From the NCBI GenBank assembly GCA_052387775.1, contig JBQTIV010000051.1, forward strand, positions 375 through 64,374: a DNA stretch of 64,000 nt, given 5' to 3'. The notes under the pieces are model-generated. The model did no database searches, was not told where the DNA came from, and worked only from the letters and a program-made list of their open reading frames with translations. Numbering within the stretch: the stretch's first letter is position 1; every line of letters starts with the position of its first letter. Both the position numbers and the translations under genes were made by a program. Origin of the DNA: Betaproteobacteria bacterium (lineage in GTDB: Bacteria; Pseudomonadota; Gammaproteobacteria; Burkholderiales; JACQAP01). Shown piece by piece: positions 17,801-26,271 of the stretch.

Positions 17801-18517
17801 CTGTCCGGAGACAAGGGCAATATCAAAATGAATGCCTCGCTCAAAGCCAGCAATGCGGAACTCGACCGCTCTATTACGTGCCTGACCGGCGCGCACCTGC
17901 AGGCGAGCGGTCGCATCGATCTGGATGCGAAGTTCACGACCCAGGGTACGCTGGATACTCTCGAAGAAAGCCTGCGCGGCACATTCTCCGCAACCGCGCG
18001 CAATGGCAAGCTCATAAAAATGGACGCTATCAACAAGGCCTTCGCCCTGCTCAATTCAACCGAGGCCGTGCGCGGAAAGCCCCTCGAAATTGCGCCGGGT
18101 GGTCTGCCCTACCGAACCATGAGCGCGCGAGGTTCGTTGGATGGAAAACTCATTCATTTCGACGAGGCAATGCTCGACGCCCCCGCGGTGCGGATTGTTG
18201 CGGCAGGCAACGTGGATATCAACACTTACAAGTTATCCATCGATGCAATGGTCGCACCGCTGCAGACGGCGACCACCATCCTGGACCGCTTTCCATTGCT
18301 GGGTAGAATATTCGGCGGCTCGGTACTGGCGGTGCCGGTCCAGATATCAGGCACTTTGAAGAATCCGATCGTCGTGCCACTGGGCCCCGGCGCCGTCGTA
18401 AAGCGCTTTACTGACATCATCGGCAACACCCTCAAACTGCCAGTCGATGCGATCACGATCATTGCACCCAGTACCGCATCGCCGGGCGCAAGCACGCCGG
18501 GCAAAGACCTGAATTGA
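14864..18517 (+). CDS. AsmA-family / YhdP-like large envelope protein
   Basis: 1217 aa with an N-terminal TM anchor, a long predicted beta-rich body and an AsmA-like C-terminus (VPVQISGTLKNPIVVPLGP). Confidence 0.75.
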   Translation: MKRYLRVIAMVFSALVAVVIGVALSTPLWINEGAVKREIAEQVSRATGDSVDLDRIEIRFFPLRRVVISGLTYSKPGMLEMQAQSAAVSLDWWALLAGRVQTRDVNLSGVRISVRLPVGGPETKAVSEPLFLDLADRRLRQLVGQFTAGRPNLRVTIDDARVEVLIGDHPPLELQAARARLGVSAGNIDVEFACSSNLWEKLALAFTLSAADLGGAGRAEIIGLQTSRLNSLLGLALDSPSAEATVIARIDWRMQGLKNLNADFIASAPQVTVLRGTNWHAFSGVVIAAGFQTRGRALEANLNRLYLRSPHLMASGKLARHESGDYSLEGNAAGIDIDELMAAARDIAPEMPWIAQPPVAIRGGTVAALRIGSHADAASELLRRDLLQLEAAVEGVGFDFARKGIRIRDVSGRLSIEGGKLRVQNLTARLGKSVLRNARLATDFLSEHLRLSAEAELAADLAESLVLARQLLPDTELRSRLDELEQFEGKALVRLALQGSLKAPTLRFDVAEMNLNARHRAVPLPIRVSRGQAAYTGDAVSLHAVDGNVGESQFTGLDASVSVQPPHRFSVRNEHATLSSAELLGWAAALPQFGKTLAPLKRVSGTIELSASRAEGSLRKPEDWLFRIIATPRGLTVHAPDFGPELKLDGGTVELSRLEAGVKGVGVALMDAAFRVSAHAADYRKRITELDASANGKLGAEALAWIYQSAKIPRALQMRAPIEVSDAALTLSGRNDIRFKGRFRIAGGPVLGVEGRRTAKTWEIGKVTVKDTLSDASFGGRLADRNAKGWFKGRLFGETLAHTFVEPALSVGELKGDFVAAADLEKLKHLTAQGRLEGSGIKLATLLPVPVEAQRFAISADGARITVSEARLSSGDSQVEVVGTLERRANKFTLDADVRSERIVVPKLASASGSERTDRLLKIPLAELPIDGRIGVNVKHLAIGDLEISPLLAGATLADAKLDLDISDAAICGINLAGGLSGDKGNIKMNASLKASNAELDRSITCLTGAHLQASGRIDLDAKFTTQGTLDTLEESLRGTFSATARNGKLIKMDAINKAFALLNSTEAVRGKPLEIAPGGLPYRTMSARGSLDGKLIHFDEAMLDAPAVRIVAAGNVDINTYKLSIDAMVAPLQTATTILDRFPLLGRIFGGSVLAVPVQISGTLKNPIVVPLGPGAVVKRFTDIIGNTLKLPVDAITIIAPSTASPGASTPGKDLN

Positions 18518-18573
18518 ATCCGCGGTAGATCCCGCGAACCGACCATCGAGAATATCAGGGCAATCGACGACCC

Positions 18574-21012
18574 ATGAGCAAGCGGCGGAAATCCCACACC
18601 GGGTCGCGCAGCTCCAGGCCCGCCCGCACCGCCCTCGCGGAACCGGCGCAACGCCCGGCGGGACCGCAGGCAGCGTTGAATTTGCGTCGGACGTTCCTGC
18701 TTGGCCTGGCAATCGCTGCCGCAATCGTTGTGGCGGCCGGGCTCTATGGCTGGTGGTCGGGATACTTTTCACCGCGACCGGACGATTCGGCCGCCCATCC
18801 GTTGGCAGCTGAATTCGTCGGCCGCGCGGTCTGTTCTTCCTGTCATGCACAGCAGGACAAAGCATGGCAGGGATCGCACCACCAGCTCGCAATGCAGGCC
18901 GCGAACGCCACAACGGTGCTTGGTGATTTTGCCAACGCCAAGTTCAGGTATTTCGGCGTCGAGTCCACTTTCTTCAAGCACGACGGTAGATTCATGGTCC
19001 GCACCGACGGTCCCGACGGCAAGCTCGCCGACTTCGAGGTCAAATTCACCTTCGGCGTGACGCCACTGCAGCAGTACCTGATCGAATTCCCTGGCGGTCG
19101 CTTCCAGGCGCTCTCCATCGCGTGGGACGCGCGCCCCAAAAGCGCGGGTGGCCAGCGTTGGTTCCATTTATATCCGCAAGAGAAAATCGACCACAGGGAT
19201 CAACTTCATTGGACCGGCCTGTACCAGAACTGGAATCTGCAGTGCGCCGAGTGCCATTCGACCAATCTGCGCAAGGGATACGATCCGGTGGCAAACGCGT
19301 ACCAGACAGCTTTCAGCGAAATCAACGTGGCCTGTGAAGCCTGCCACGGCGCCGGCTCTGGTCACGTCCGCTGGGCAAAAAAGGCCAAGGGCCCGTATTC
19401 GCCGCAGGATCACAAGGGCTTCGCAATGCTGATGCGCAGCCGCTGGAATGACGCCTGGAAGTTTCCGGCCAACGACGCGAAGTACGCCCAGCGCGACAAA
19501 TCTGCCGACCCGGCCGCGATGAACGCCTGTGTCGCCTGCCATTCCCGTCGCTCCACCATTGCCGCGGGCGGCCATCCCGGCGCAGCCCTCGAGGACGCGC
19601 ATCGCCTTGCGCTGCTCACCCCGCCGCTCTACCACGCCGACGGCCAGCAGCGCGAGGAGGTCTACACCTGGGGCTCGTTCCGCCAAAGCCGGATGTATCA
19701 ACGCGGCGTCACCTGCATGGATTGCCACGAGCCGCACGCGCTCACACTCCGTGCGCCGGGCAATGCGCTATGCACGCGCTGCCACCTTGCCACAGTATTC
19801 GACAGCGAAAAACACCATTTCCACAAAGACGGCACGAACGGTGCGCAATGCGTCGAATGCCATATGCCCGCGCAAAATTACATGGTTGTCGACCCGCGCC
19901 GCGACCACAGCATCCGCTTGCCGCGTCCCGATCTGTCGATTTCGCTCGGCAGCCCGGACGCCTGCACCCAATGCCACAGCGATCGCAAGCCGGCGTGGGC
20001 GGCGGCGGCGATGGATCGTTGGTACGGGCGGGCCTGGCGCGAGCGCAGCCACTACGGGCCGATGCTGCACGCCGGCGCGACGCAGGGCGCGAAGCCCCTG
20101 CCCTCGCTGCTTGCGCTGGCCAGGGACCCGGCGACTCGGGCCATTGTGCGCGCCACTGCCGCAACGCTGGCGCAGCCGCAGATGCGTTCGCAGTTGCTGC
20201 CGGCAGCGCAATCGCTCCTGGTGGACGCCGATCCGTTGGTGCGGATCGCCGCCATCGGCCTCCTCGAACCGTTCGAGCCGGCGACGCGGCTGCGCGCGGT
20301 GTCGTCCTTGCTCGACGATCCGGTCCGCGGCGTGCGCCTCGAAGCAGCGCGAATTCTGGCCGATGTGCCCGAGGCGCAGCTGGCTCCTGAACAGCGCCAC
20401 GCCCGCGACAGTGCGACGAAGGAATACTTCGGCTCCCTGATGCTCGACGCCGACTGGCCGGCCGCAAACGTCAATCTCGGCAATCTTCGCATGCGTCAGG
20501 GGCGTGCTGCCGAGGCGATCGCCGCGTACGAACGCGCGCTTTCGCTCGACGCACGATTCGCCGGCGCGTATGTCAATCTCGCCGACGCACATCGCCAGCA
20601 GGGCAACGAGGCAGAAGGCGAGAAGGTGCTTCGCCGCGGCCTGTCCGTGTTGCCAAGCTCGGCGGATCTGCACCACGCGTTGGGATTGCTTCTGGTGCGC
20701 CAGGGCGACCAGACCCCCGCACTAAAAGAACTCGGCGAAGCGGCGAGACTTTCACCCGACAATGCGCGCTACGCCTATGTCCATGCGATCGGACTTCATT
20801 CCGCGGGCCGACGCGAAGAAGCCCTCGTGGCGTTGCGCGCAGCAGACGCGCGCCACCCTTTTGATCTCGGCATCCTCGGCGCGCTGGTATCGATCAACCA
20901 CGAGGCCGGCAACATGAAGGCTGCGCTCGCCTACGCCAGGAGAGCCACCGAAGCAGCGCCCGAGGACCCCGAGGTAAGGCGCCTCGTCACAGGTCTGGCA
21001 GGAACGCAATGA
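18574..21012 (+). CDS. Multiheme cytochrome c (8 CxxCH) fused to HEAT/TPR repeats
   Basis: CSSCH, CAECH, CEACH, CVACH, CMDCH, CTRCH, CVECH and CTQCH counted in the translation. The C-terminal half has TPR-like repeats. N-terminal TM anchor. Confidence 0.85.
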   Translation: MSKRRKSHTGSRSSRPARTALAEPAQRPAGPQAALNLRRTFLLGLAIAAAIVVAAGLYGWWSGYFSPRPDDSAAHPLAAEFVGRAVCSSCHAQQDKAWQGSHHQLAMQAANATTVLGDFANAKFRYFGVESTFFKHDGRFMVRTDGPDGKLADFEVKFTFGVTPLQQYLIEFPGGRFQALSIAWDARPKSAGGQRWFHLYPQEKIDHRDQLHWTGLYQNWNLQCAECHSTNLRKGYDPVANAYQTAFSEINVACEACHGAGSGHVRWAKKAKGPYSPQDHKGFAMLMRSRWNDAWKFPANDAKYAQRDKSADPAAMNACVACHSRRSTIAAGGHPGAALEDAHRLALLTPPLYHADGQQREEVYTWGSFRQSRMYQRGVTCMDCHEPHALTLRAPGNALCTRCHLATVFDSEKHHFHKDGTNGAQCVECHMPAQNYMVVDPRRDHSIRLPRPDLSISLGSPDACTQCHSDRKPAWAAAAMDRWYGRAWRERSHYGPMLHAGATQGAKPLPSLLALARDPATRAIVRATAATLAQPQMRSQLLPAAQSLLVDADPLVRIAAIGLLEPFEPATRLRAVSSLLDDPVRGVRLEAARILADVPEAQLAPEQRHARDSATKEYFGSLMLDADWPAANVNLGNLRMRQGRAAEAIAAYERALSLDARFAGAYVNLADAHRQQGNEAEGEKVLRRGLSVLPSSADLHHALGLLLVRQGDQTPALKELGEAARLSPDNARYAYVHAIGLHSAGRREEALVALRAADARHPFDLGILGALVSINHEAGNMKAALAYARRATEAAPEDPEVRRLVTGLAGTQ

Positions 21013-21160
21013 ACGCCGGACCGGTGCGCCTCGCGGAAAAATAATGCGAAGCGGCTGGCGAAGCCTTATCATGCGCTCGCCTCTGCGGAACCCCGGTTCG
21101 GCCGAGGGCGAAGCTCGCAGGTAGAAAGTCGTTTTTAACCCCTGGATGGAGACAAGCATC

Positions 21161-21736
21161 ATGAAAAAGCTGGTATTCGTGCTCGTTTCAGCACTTTGCA
21201 TCGGAGCGGTCGGCGTGGCGTCAGCCGGCGAAAGCAAGAGACCCAGCGGCGAGATCGGTCGCAAACGACTGGCCACGGCCGAGGTGATCGCGATCGATCT
21301 TCCGACTCGTACGGTGACGCTGAAGGGGCAGAAGGGAAATGAATTTACAGTGCACGCGGACGACAGAGTCAAGAATCTGCCGCAGGTGCGGGTGGGCGAC
21401 CAGGTCGACGTCGCCTATCACGAATCACTGGTCTGGAACGTAAAGAAAGCAGGAGAAGGCACCCCCGGCGCTTCGGTGCAGTCGGGGACAGCAAGTGCGA
21501 AGCCCGGAGCCAAACCGGCCGGCGCGGCAGCAACGCAGTTGAACATGACCGCCACGATCGAGGCCATCGATCAGGCCAACGGGACAGTGACGCTGAAGGG
21601 TCCTCAGGGCAATACCCGCACCATCAAGGCGCGCGATCCAAAGAATCTTCAGAGGGTGCAGGTGGGCGACTTGGTCGACATCACCTACACGGAAGCCGTT
21701 GCAGTCAGGGTGCGCCCCTCGATGCAAAATCAGTAA
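21161..21736 (+). CDS. Secreted two-domain protein of unknown function (paralog of 44097-44657)
   Basis: Signal peptide MKKLVFVLVSALCIGAVGVASA. An internal duplication carries ...TVTLKG..G......A.D.KNL..V.VGD.VD..Y.E....V. Confidence 0.7.
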   Translation: MKKLVFVLVSALCIGAVGVASAGESKRPSGEIGRKRLATAEVIAIDLPTRTVTLKGQKGNEFTVHADDRVKNLPQVRVGDQVDVAYHESLVWNVKKAGEGTPGASVQSGTASAKPGAKPAGAAATQLNMTATIEAIDQANGTVTLKGPQGNTRTIKARDPKNLQRVQVGDLVDITYTEAVAVRVRPSMQNQ

Positions 21737-21819
21737 GCGTCCGGTGCGCATTGACAGTCGTGACGAGCGCAGCGGCACCGGCTGCTGCGACAAAATCATT
21801 TGCCTGATGGAGGCGGAAC

Positions 21820-22074
21820 ATGGCAGCAGACCGCGGTTTGACGATTCATTTCATGGACGGCTCGAAGATGAGCTTCAGCTTTCCCAGACAAGTGACATCT
21901 GACGAGTTTGTGAGCTTACGGTTGGACAAGATTCTGGCAAAAAACGCCCTGCTGGTGCAAGCCGACGGCGCCCTCGTGGCGATCCCGTTTTCAAGCATCA
22001 AGTACATGCAGATGTATGCCGCTCCGCAGAAACTGCCCGATTACGTGATCAAGGAAGCCACCGTCGAGGCTTGA
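21820..22074 (+). CDS. Hypothetical 84-aa protein
   Basis: GGAGG lies 6 nt before the ATG, and codon bias resembles the neighbouring genes. No recognisable motif. Confidence 0.5.
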   Translation: MAADRGLTIHFMDGSKMSFSFPRQVTSDEFVSLRLDKILAKNALLVQADGALVAIPFSSIKYMQMYAAPQKLPDYVIKEATVEA

Positions 22075-22083
22075 GGCGGCATT

Positions 22084-22110
22084 TCAAAAAGGTTCCTGAC
22101 ACCTCTTTTC
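22084..22110 (-). repeat. GGTGTCAGGAAC stem-loop motif, copy a
   Basis: TCAAAAAGGTTCCTGACACCTCTTTTC, in the intergenic space just upstream of the K+ channel gene. Confidence 0.8.
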
Positions 22111-22114
22111 GAAT

Positions 22115-22456
22115 GTGGGGCTCGTGACACCGCGTGAGTTGAGGCGGCAATTCTTTGCAGAACTGCTGAGCGGAGCAAAGGTGGACTGGCCGATCCTGTT
22201 CGGGCTGCTTGCCATCATGGTGGCGTTAGGAGTCGTAATCGGCCGGCTCGAGGACTGGACACTGCTCGATGGCATCTACTTCGCATTCGTGTCTGGCCTC
22301 ACCATCGGCTACGGCGACCTCGTGCCGACGCGGCCCCTCGCGCGCGTTCTCGCCATCGGTATCGGGGTGATCGGCGTGCTGCTGGTAGGTCTTATCGTCG
22401 CCATTGGCGTGCGCGCGCTCGAGCGCGCCTCGAAGCTCCCACGCGAAGAGCAATAG
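22115..22456 (+). CDS. Minimal two-TM potassium channel
   Basis: 113 aa with the selectivity filter TIGYGDL between two hydrophobic helices. GTG start. Confidence 0.8.
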   Translation: MGLVTPRELRRQFFAELLSGAKVDWPILFGLLAIMVALGVVIGRLEDWTLLDGIYFAFVSGLTIGYGDLVPTRPLARVLAIGIGVIGVLLVGLIVAIGVRALERASKLPREEQ

Positions 22457-22541
22457 CACGCCGTTCCCGCCTCTATTGCACCAGCGCCACCTTGCCGAAA
22501 GTTCGTCAGATTCGGGCCGGAAACTTCAGTCCGACCTGCTG

Positions 22542-23936
22542 CTAACGCGAAGCGGCAACAGCGGGCGTCTCAAAATTTCCGCCCAGCGCAAGGTGGAGGT
22601 TCACGCGCTGGACGAGCTGCTCGCTCTGCACGCGGAGCAGCGCTGTGCGCGCGCCGTAAACGGCAAGCTGCTGCTGCTCTACGGCGCGCAAGTCGCCGGA
22701 ACCCACGCGATAGCGCACGTTCGCCAGCTCGAGCGCGCGCTCGTTTTCCGCCATCGCCCGCGCCAATATCGTGATGCGCTCCTGCAGCGTGAAGGTGGAC
22801 GACAGGGCGTTCTCCACTTCACCGAATGCCCGCGCGCCGACGCGACCATATTCAGCCACAGCGAGTTTCTGCTCCGCGGTGCGAATCTCCACCTGCGACT
22901 GCAGCGCGCCACCGAGATAGATCGGCGCGAGCAGGCTCGCGCCCGCACTCCATACCGGATCGTCGCGTTCCTTGAGCACGAAGAGCTCGCTCGAAATACT
23001 GGTGACGGTCGCCGTCAGCGAGATGCGCGGCAAGCGCGCCGCCTTTGCCTCTTCGGTCCGGTAGAACGCGGCGGCAACGCGGCGCTCGGACGCCACTACG
23101 TCGGGCCGGCGCTCGAGCAGTTCTGAGGGCATCCCCACGGGAACCGGCCCCGGATTCGCGGCGAGCTGCGGCGGTACCTCGACTGCTGCAGCGGGATAAC
23201 GCCCGATCAGCGCTTCGAGTGCCCGCAGTGCCTGACGGTAGGAAAGGTCGAACTGCCGAACGGCGTCGCGGTAGGTCTGCAAGCTCGCCTGCGCGAGCGT
23301 CACGTCGTACTCATCGCCCTTGCCGACACGCTGCCGGTCGCGAGCCAAGTCAGTAAGACGTTCCGACGACCGGACCATGTCATCAGCGACGCCATTCTGC
23401 AAGCGCGCCTCCGTGGCGAGGAACCAGCTCTTGGCAACGAGTGCGGCCATGGATTGCCGCGCGTATTCGGTATCGAGCTCCGCTGAGACATACTGTAACT
23501 GCGCCGCTTCGCGCCCGGCGCGCACGCGGCCCCAAAGATCGAGCTCCCAGTTAGCAGAGATGCCGACGCCTTGCAGGCCGCTCGAATCGCCGCTCATGCT
23601 GCCGCCACCGCGCGCGAGCAGATTTACCTGCGGATAGAGCGTCGCTCCCGCGAGCTTGGCATAGCCGGCGGCCTGTTCGACGCGCGCCGCCGCAAGGCGC
23701 AGGTCCGGGTTGTTCGCGATCGCCTCGCGCACGAGCGCATCGAGATTCGGATCGCTGAACGTTGCAAGCCACCCGTCCGCGATGGCCCCAATCTCGCCGC
23801 CTTGCGCCGTCCACTGCGATGGCACCGCCAGGTTCGGCAGCGCCTGCTTGTGCAGGTCCTCCCGCTCCGGCGGAGCCTTCAGCGCGCAACCACAGGCGAG
23901 TGCCGCGGTGAGTGCTGTGAAAGCGATTTTGTTCAT
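22542..23936 (-). CDS. NodT-family efflux outer-membrane lipoprotein
   Basis: Lipobox LACGC and two TolC-like repeat halves. PDLRLAAARVEQA is typical of the OMF family. Confidence 0.9.
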   Translation of the reverse strand: MNKIAFTALTAALACGCALKAPPEREDLHKQALPNLAVPSQWTAQGGEIGAIADGWLATFSDPNLDALVREAIANNPDLRLAAARVEQAAGYAKLAGATLYPQVNLLARGGGSMSGDSSGLQGVGISANWELDLWGRVRAGREAAQLQYVSAELDTEYARQSMAALVAKSWFLATEARLQNGVADDMVRSSERLTDLARDRQRVGKGDEYDVTLAQASLQTYRDAVRQFDLSYRQALRALEALIGRYPAAAVEVPPQLAANPGPVPVGMPSELLERRPDVVASERRVAAAFYRTEEAKAARLPRISLTATVTSISSELFVLKERDDPVWSAGASLLAPIYLGGALQSQVEIRTAEQKLAVAEYGRVGARAFGEVENALSSTFTLQERITILARAMAENERALELANVRYRVGSGDLRAVEQQQLAVYGARTALLRVQSEQLVQRVNLHLALGGNFETPAVAASR

Positions 23937-23946
23937 GCGGCAGACT

Positions 23947-25170
23947 TCAGTGCAGTTTCAGAATCAGGTAGTTGATATAGGCGCCCACACGCAAGATCAC
24001 CTTGCGCACGATATGGATCGCAGCGAGGTGCTCGGTATAGATCGCCGCGCCACCCGCCGCACCGGCCGCCATGAACATATCCTTGTCTTTGTCCGCAATG
24101 TCGAACTTCACGGCAAAACGCCCGGGCGGCTGCGTCAGCACGCCGATCATCGGCAGCGTTCCGCTTGGCGGCAGCTGGCCCTGCCCCTGCGCCCAGATCA
24201 CGGAGTCGACCTTGCCCTTGATGATGCGCCCCGGATTGGTATAGAGGGTGAATTCCGCCTCGTTGCCCGGCGCCACCTGGTGCAGCTCGTTCTGGTTGAA
24301 CAATGCGACCACCTGGCCTTGCGACTCGACCAGCGTCATCACGGCATTGAACGGAATGCCGGCCACGAATCCGCCAGCCCGCAGCTGGAGATTGATCACG
24401 TAACAATCGCACGGCGAGCGCGTCACCGTCTGCTCAAGCTCCCAACGCGCGTTCTCGAGCTGGGCCCGGATCTGCGCAACCTGCGCGAACTCGCCGTCCA
24501 CGTTGGCGCCCAGCTTCTGCACGGTCTGCTCCTCACCAGCCTGCGCCTGCACTACGGCGGCCCGGGCCTGCGCCTCGGCGCTGCGCGCGCCGGCCAGCTG
24601 GCCTTTGAGCTCCTTGAGGTTGGTCTCCGCCTGTTCCAAATCGAACTTGGTTCCGGCGCCGGTGGCGGCAAGCTCGCGATTCTGCTCCACGCGCTTACGC
24701 GCCAACTCGACCCGCGCGCTGATTTCCCCGATCCGGGCAGTGGCCTGGTCGATGGCGCTGCGCGCTTCCGAGACTTTCCCGCGCGCGCCCTTCAGCGATT
24801 CCTCCAGCTCTTTCTGCGAGGCGCTGGCGCTGGCGAGCTGCGCTTCGAGCTGGTTGACCGCGAGCTGATACGGCTCAGGGTCGATCTTGAACAGGACCTC
24901 GCCTTTACTGACCAGGCGGTTGCCCTCCTCGACCGGAACCTCGATCACCCGGCCGCGGACCTGCGACACGATCGGCACGGTGTATTTGTATACGCGCACG
25001 TCCGCCGAAGACGGCGCATAGATGTTGAGCAGCAATATCAGCACCGTCAGTCCGATGATCGGGATGACGGCGACGGTGACCTGGGACGCCGTGTTCCACG
25101 GCAGCCACTTGAACTTGATGAATATCAGCCAGACGAAGAACGAGTAGATGCCGAGCAGCAATGCTTCCAT
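23947..25170 (-). CDS. HlyD-family membrane fusion protein (YiaV/AaeA-like)
   Basis: N-terminal TM helices, the lipoyl-like motif VSQVRGRVIEVPVEEGNRLVSKGEVLFKIDP, and a long coiled coil. Confidence 0.9.
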   Translation of the reverse strand: MEALLLGIYSFFVWLIFIKFKWLPWNTASQVTVAVIPIIGLTVLILLLNIYAPSSADVRVYKYTVPIVSQVRGRVIEVPVEEGNRLVSKGEVLFKIDPEPYQLAVNQLEAQLASASASQKELEESLKGARGKVSEARSAIDQATARIGEISARVELARKRVEQNRELAATGAGTKFDLEQAETNLKELKGQLAGARSAEAQARAAVVQAQAGEEQTVQKLGANVDGEFAQVAQIRAQLENARWELEQTVTRSPCDCYVINLQLRAGGFVAGIPFNAVMTLVESQGQVVALFNQNELHQVAPGNEAEFTLYTNPGRIIKGKVDSVIWAQGQGQLPPSGTLPMIGVLTQPPGRFAVKFDIADKDKDMFMAAGAAGGAAIYTEHLAAIHIVRKVILRVGAYINYLILKLH

Positions 25171-25703
25171 TACTTGCTTCCTTCCGCAGGAGCGTCCTCG
25201 CGCGCGCTGAGTGCGGCAAGATCAGAGCGAAGGGTCCTGAGTGCCGGTGGCAGTATTCCCTTGGCCGCGATCGCGTCGAGTTCTTCCCTCAGGTGAACGA
25301 TCTCCTCGCCCGGCAGTTGTCCGGCCTTTGCCTGGTGGCCCATTTCCTCGAAATAATCCTCGTGCTTCTCCGTCCCGTAGGCCGCCTTGAACATCACCGG
25401 GCGCGAATACGCCCACAGCCATGCGATCGGCCACAACATGCCGCCGAACACCAGCGACAGCAGGCACAACGTCTTGATGGCGTCCTTCTGGGGGTGATGA
25501 CGCTTCTCGGCGATCTTTTCCGGCAGGATGTGCACCAGCCAGAACAGGACGATGCCGGCGATTGGCACCGCGAACAAAATGAACAACGCGAGCCAGTCGG
25601 CGGCAGCGTCCATCAACTCCGGCGGCAGGAACGACGCGAATGCCGCACTGGGAAACACGGCGGCGCAAAGTCCAAATCGGGAAATTTTCACTGCACGCCG
25701 CAT
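25170..25703 (-). CDS. DUF3302 (YiaW-like) inner-membrane protein with C-terminal soluble extension
   Basis: HILPEKIAEKRHHPQKDAIKTLCLLSLVFGGMLWPIAWLWAY parallels E. coli YiaW. TAATG overlap with the HlyD gene. Confidence 0.7.
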   Translation of the reverse strand: MRRAVKISRFGLCAAVFPSAAFASFLPPELMDAAADWLALFILFAVPIAGIVLFWLVHILPEKIAEKRHHPQKDAIKTLCLLSLVFGGMLWPIAWLWAYSRPVMFKAAYGTEKHEDYFEEMGHQAKAGQLPGEEIVHLREELDAIAAKGILPPALRTLRSDLAALSAREDAPAEGSK

Positions 25704-25772
25704 GGAACCTGAATTCCCTCGGAACACGACTACGATATCATGCACTGGCCGCAGCAGAAAAGGGAAAGGCGA

Positions 25773-25862
25773 CCGAATGTCTCGCACTTTTTATTGAGGC
25801 GTGAGGGAGTGAAGGGTGAAAGTCCTCAATCCTCACTCCTCAATCCTGCTTTTCCCCTCACC
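25773..25862. repeat. Composite hairpin element H6 (homolog of H5 with inverted core)
   Basis: Tail CCGAATGTCTCGCACTTTTTATTGAGGC. Arm GTGAGGGAGTGAAGGGTGAAAG. Core TCCTCAATCCTCACTCCTCAATCCTG. Short arm CTTTTCCCCTCACC. Confidence 0.9.
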
Positions 25863-25873
25863 AGCGATACTTT

Positions 25874-25910
25874 GGATTTTCGTGCACCCCAGGTCCGGCG
25901 CGTATTTCTT
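25874..25910 (-). repeat. 37-nt non-coding copy of a segment of the RRM-like gene
   Basis: GGATTTTCGTGCACCCCAGGTCCGGCGCGTATTTCTT matches 29685-29721 at 35 of 37 positions by eye, in the same orientation. Confidence 0.8.
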
Positions 25911-25953
25911 TCGGCACCAACGGCGCCTCACGCCAGTCACAGCCGCAGCAATC

Positions 25954-26271
25954 TCAGCGGCGCCGTCCGCCGCCGCCTGGCCGCGGCGTCGCGGGGATCG
26001 AAGCCCTCGGCGCCGGGCGCGTGGATGGCAGGGGCGTAGGTCTGGGCCGGTCCGGCGGAAGCGTTTCGGGTCTCTCCGGCCTGCTTGGCGGATTCGGAAC
26101 GACGACGACGTCTCCGTTCCAGTCACCACCGTAGTAATAGGGGTCGTACCATCCCACGCCGTAGTACACCGAGCCATGGACGCTGCTGCTGGTGCCGTCG
26201 CTCGCGCATCCGCTTGTCAGCCCCGCACAGCAGGCAACCAGTAACACTGCGCACAATCGCCGGCCGCTCAT
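25954..26271 (-). CDS. Small Pro-rich probable lipoprotein
   Basis: MSGRRLCAVLLVACCAGLTSGC signal or lipobox-like N-terminus. ATGA overlap with the VOC gene stop. Codon bias is good. Only the last 105 codons of the 356-aa ORF were kept. Confidence 0.55.
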   Translation of the reverse strand: MSGRRLCAVLLVACCAGLTSGCASDGTSSSVHGSVYYGVGWYDPYYYGGDWNGDVVVVPNPPSRPERPETLPPDRPRPTPLPSTRPAPRASIPATPRPGGGGRRR

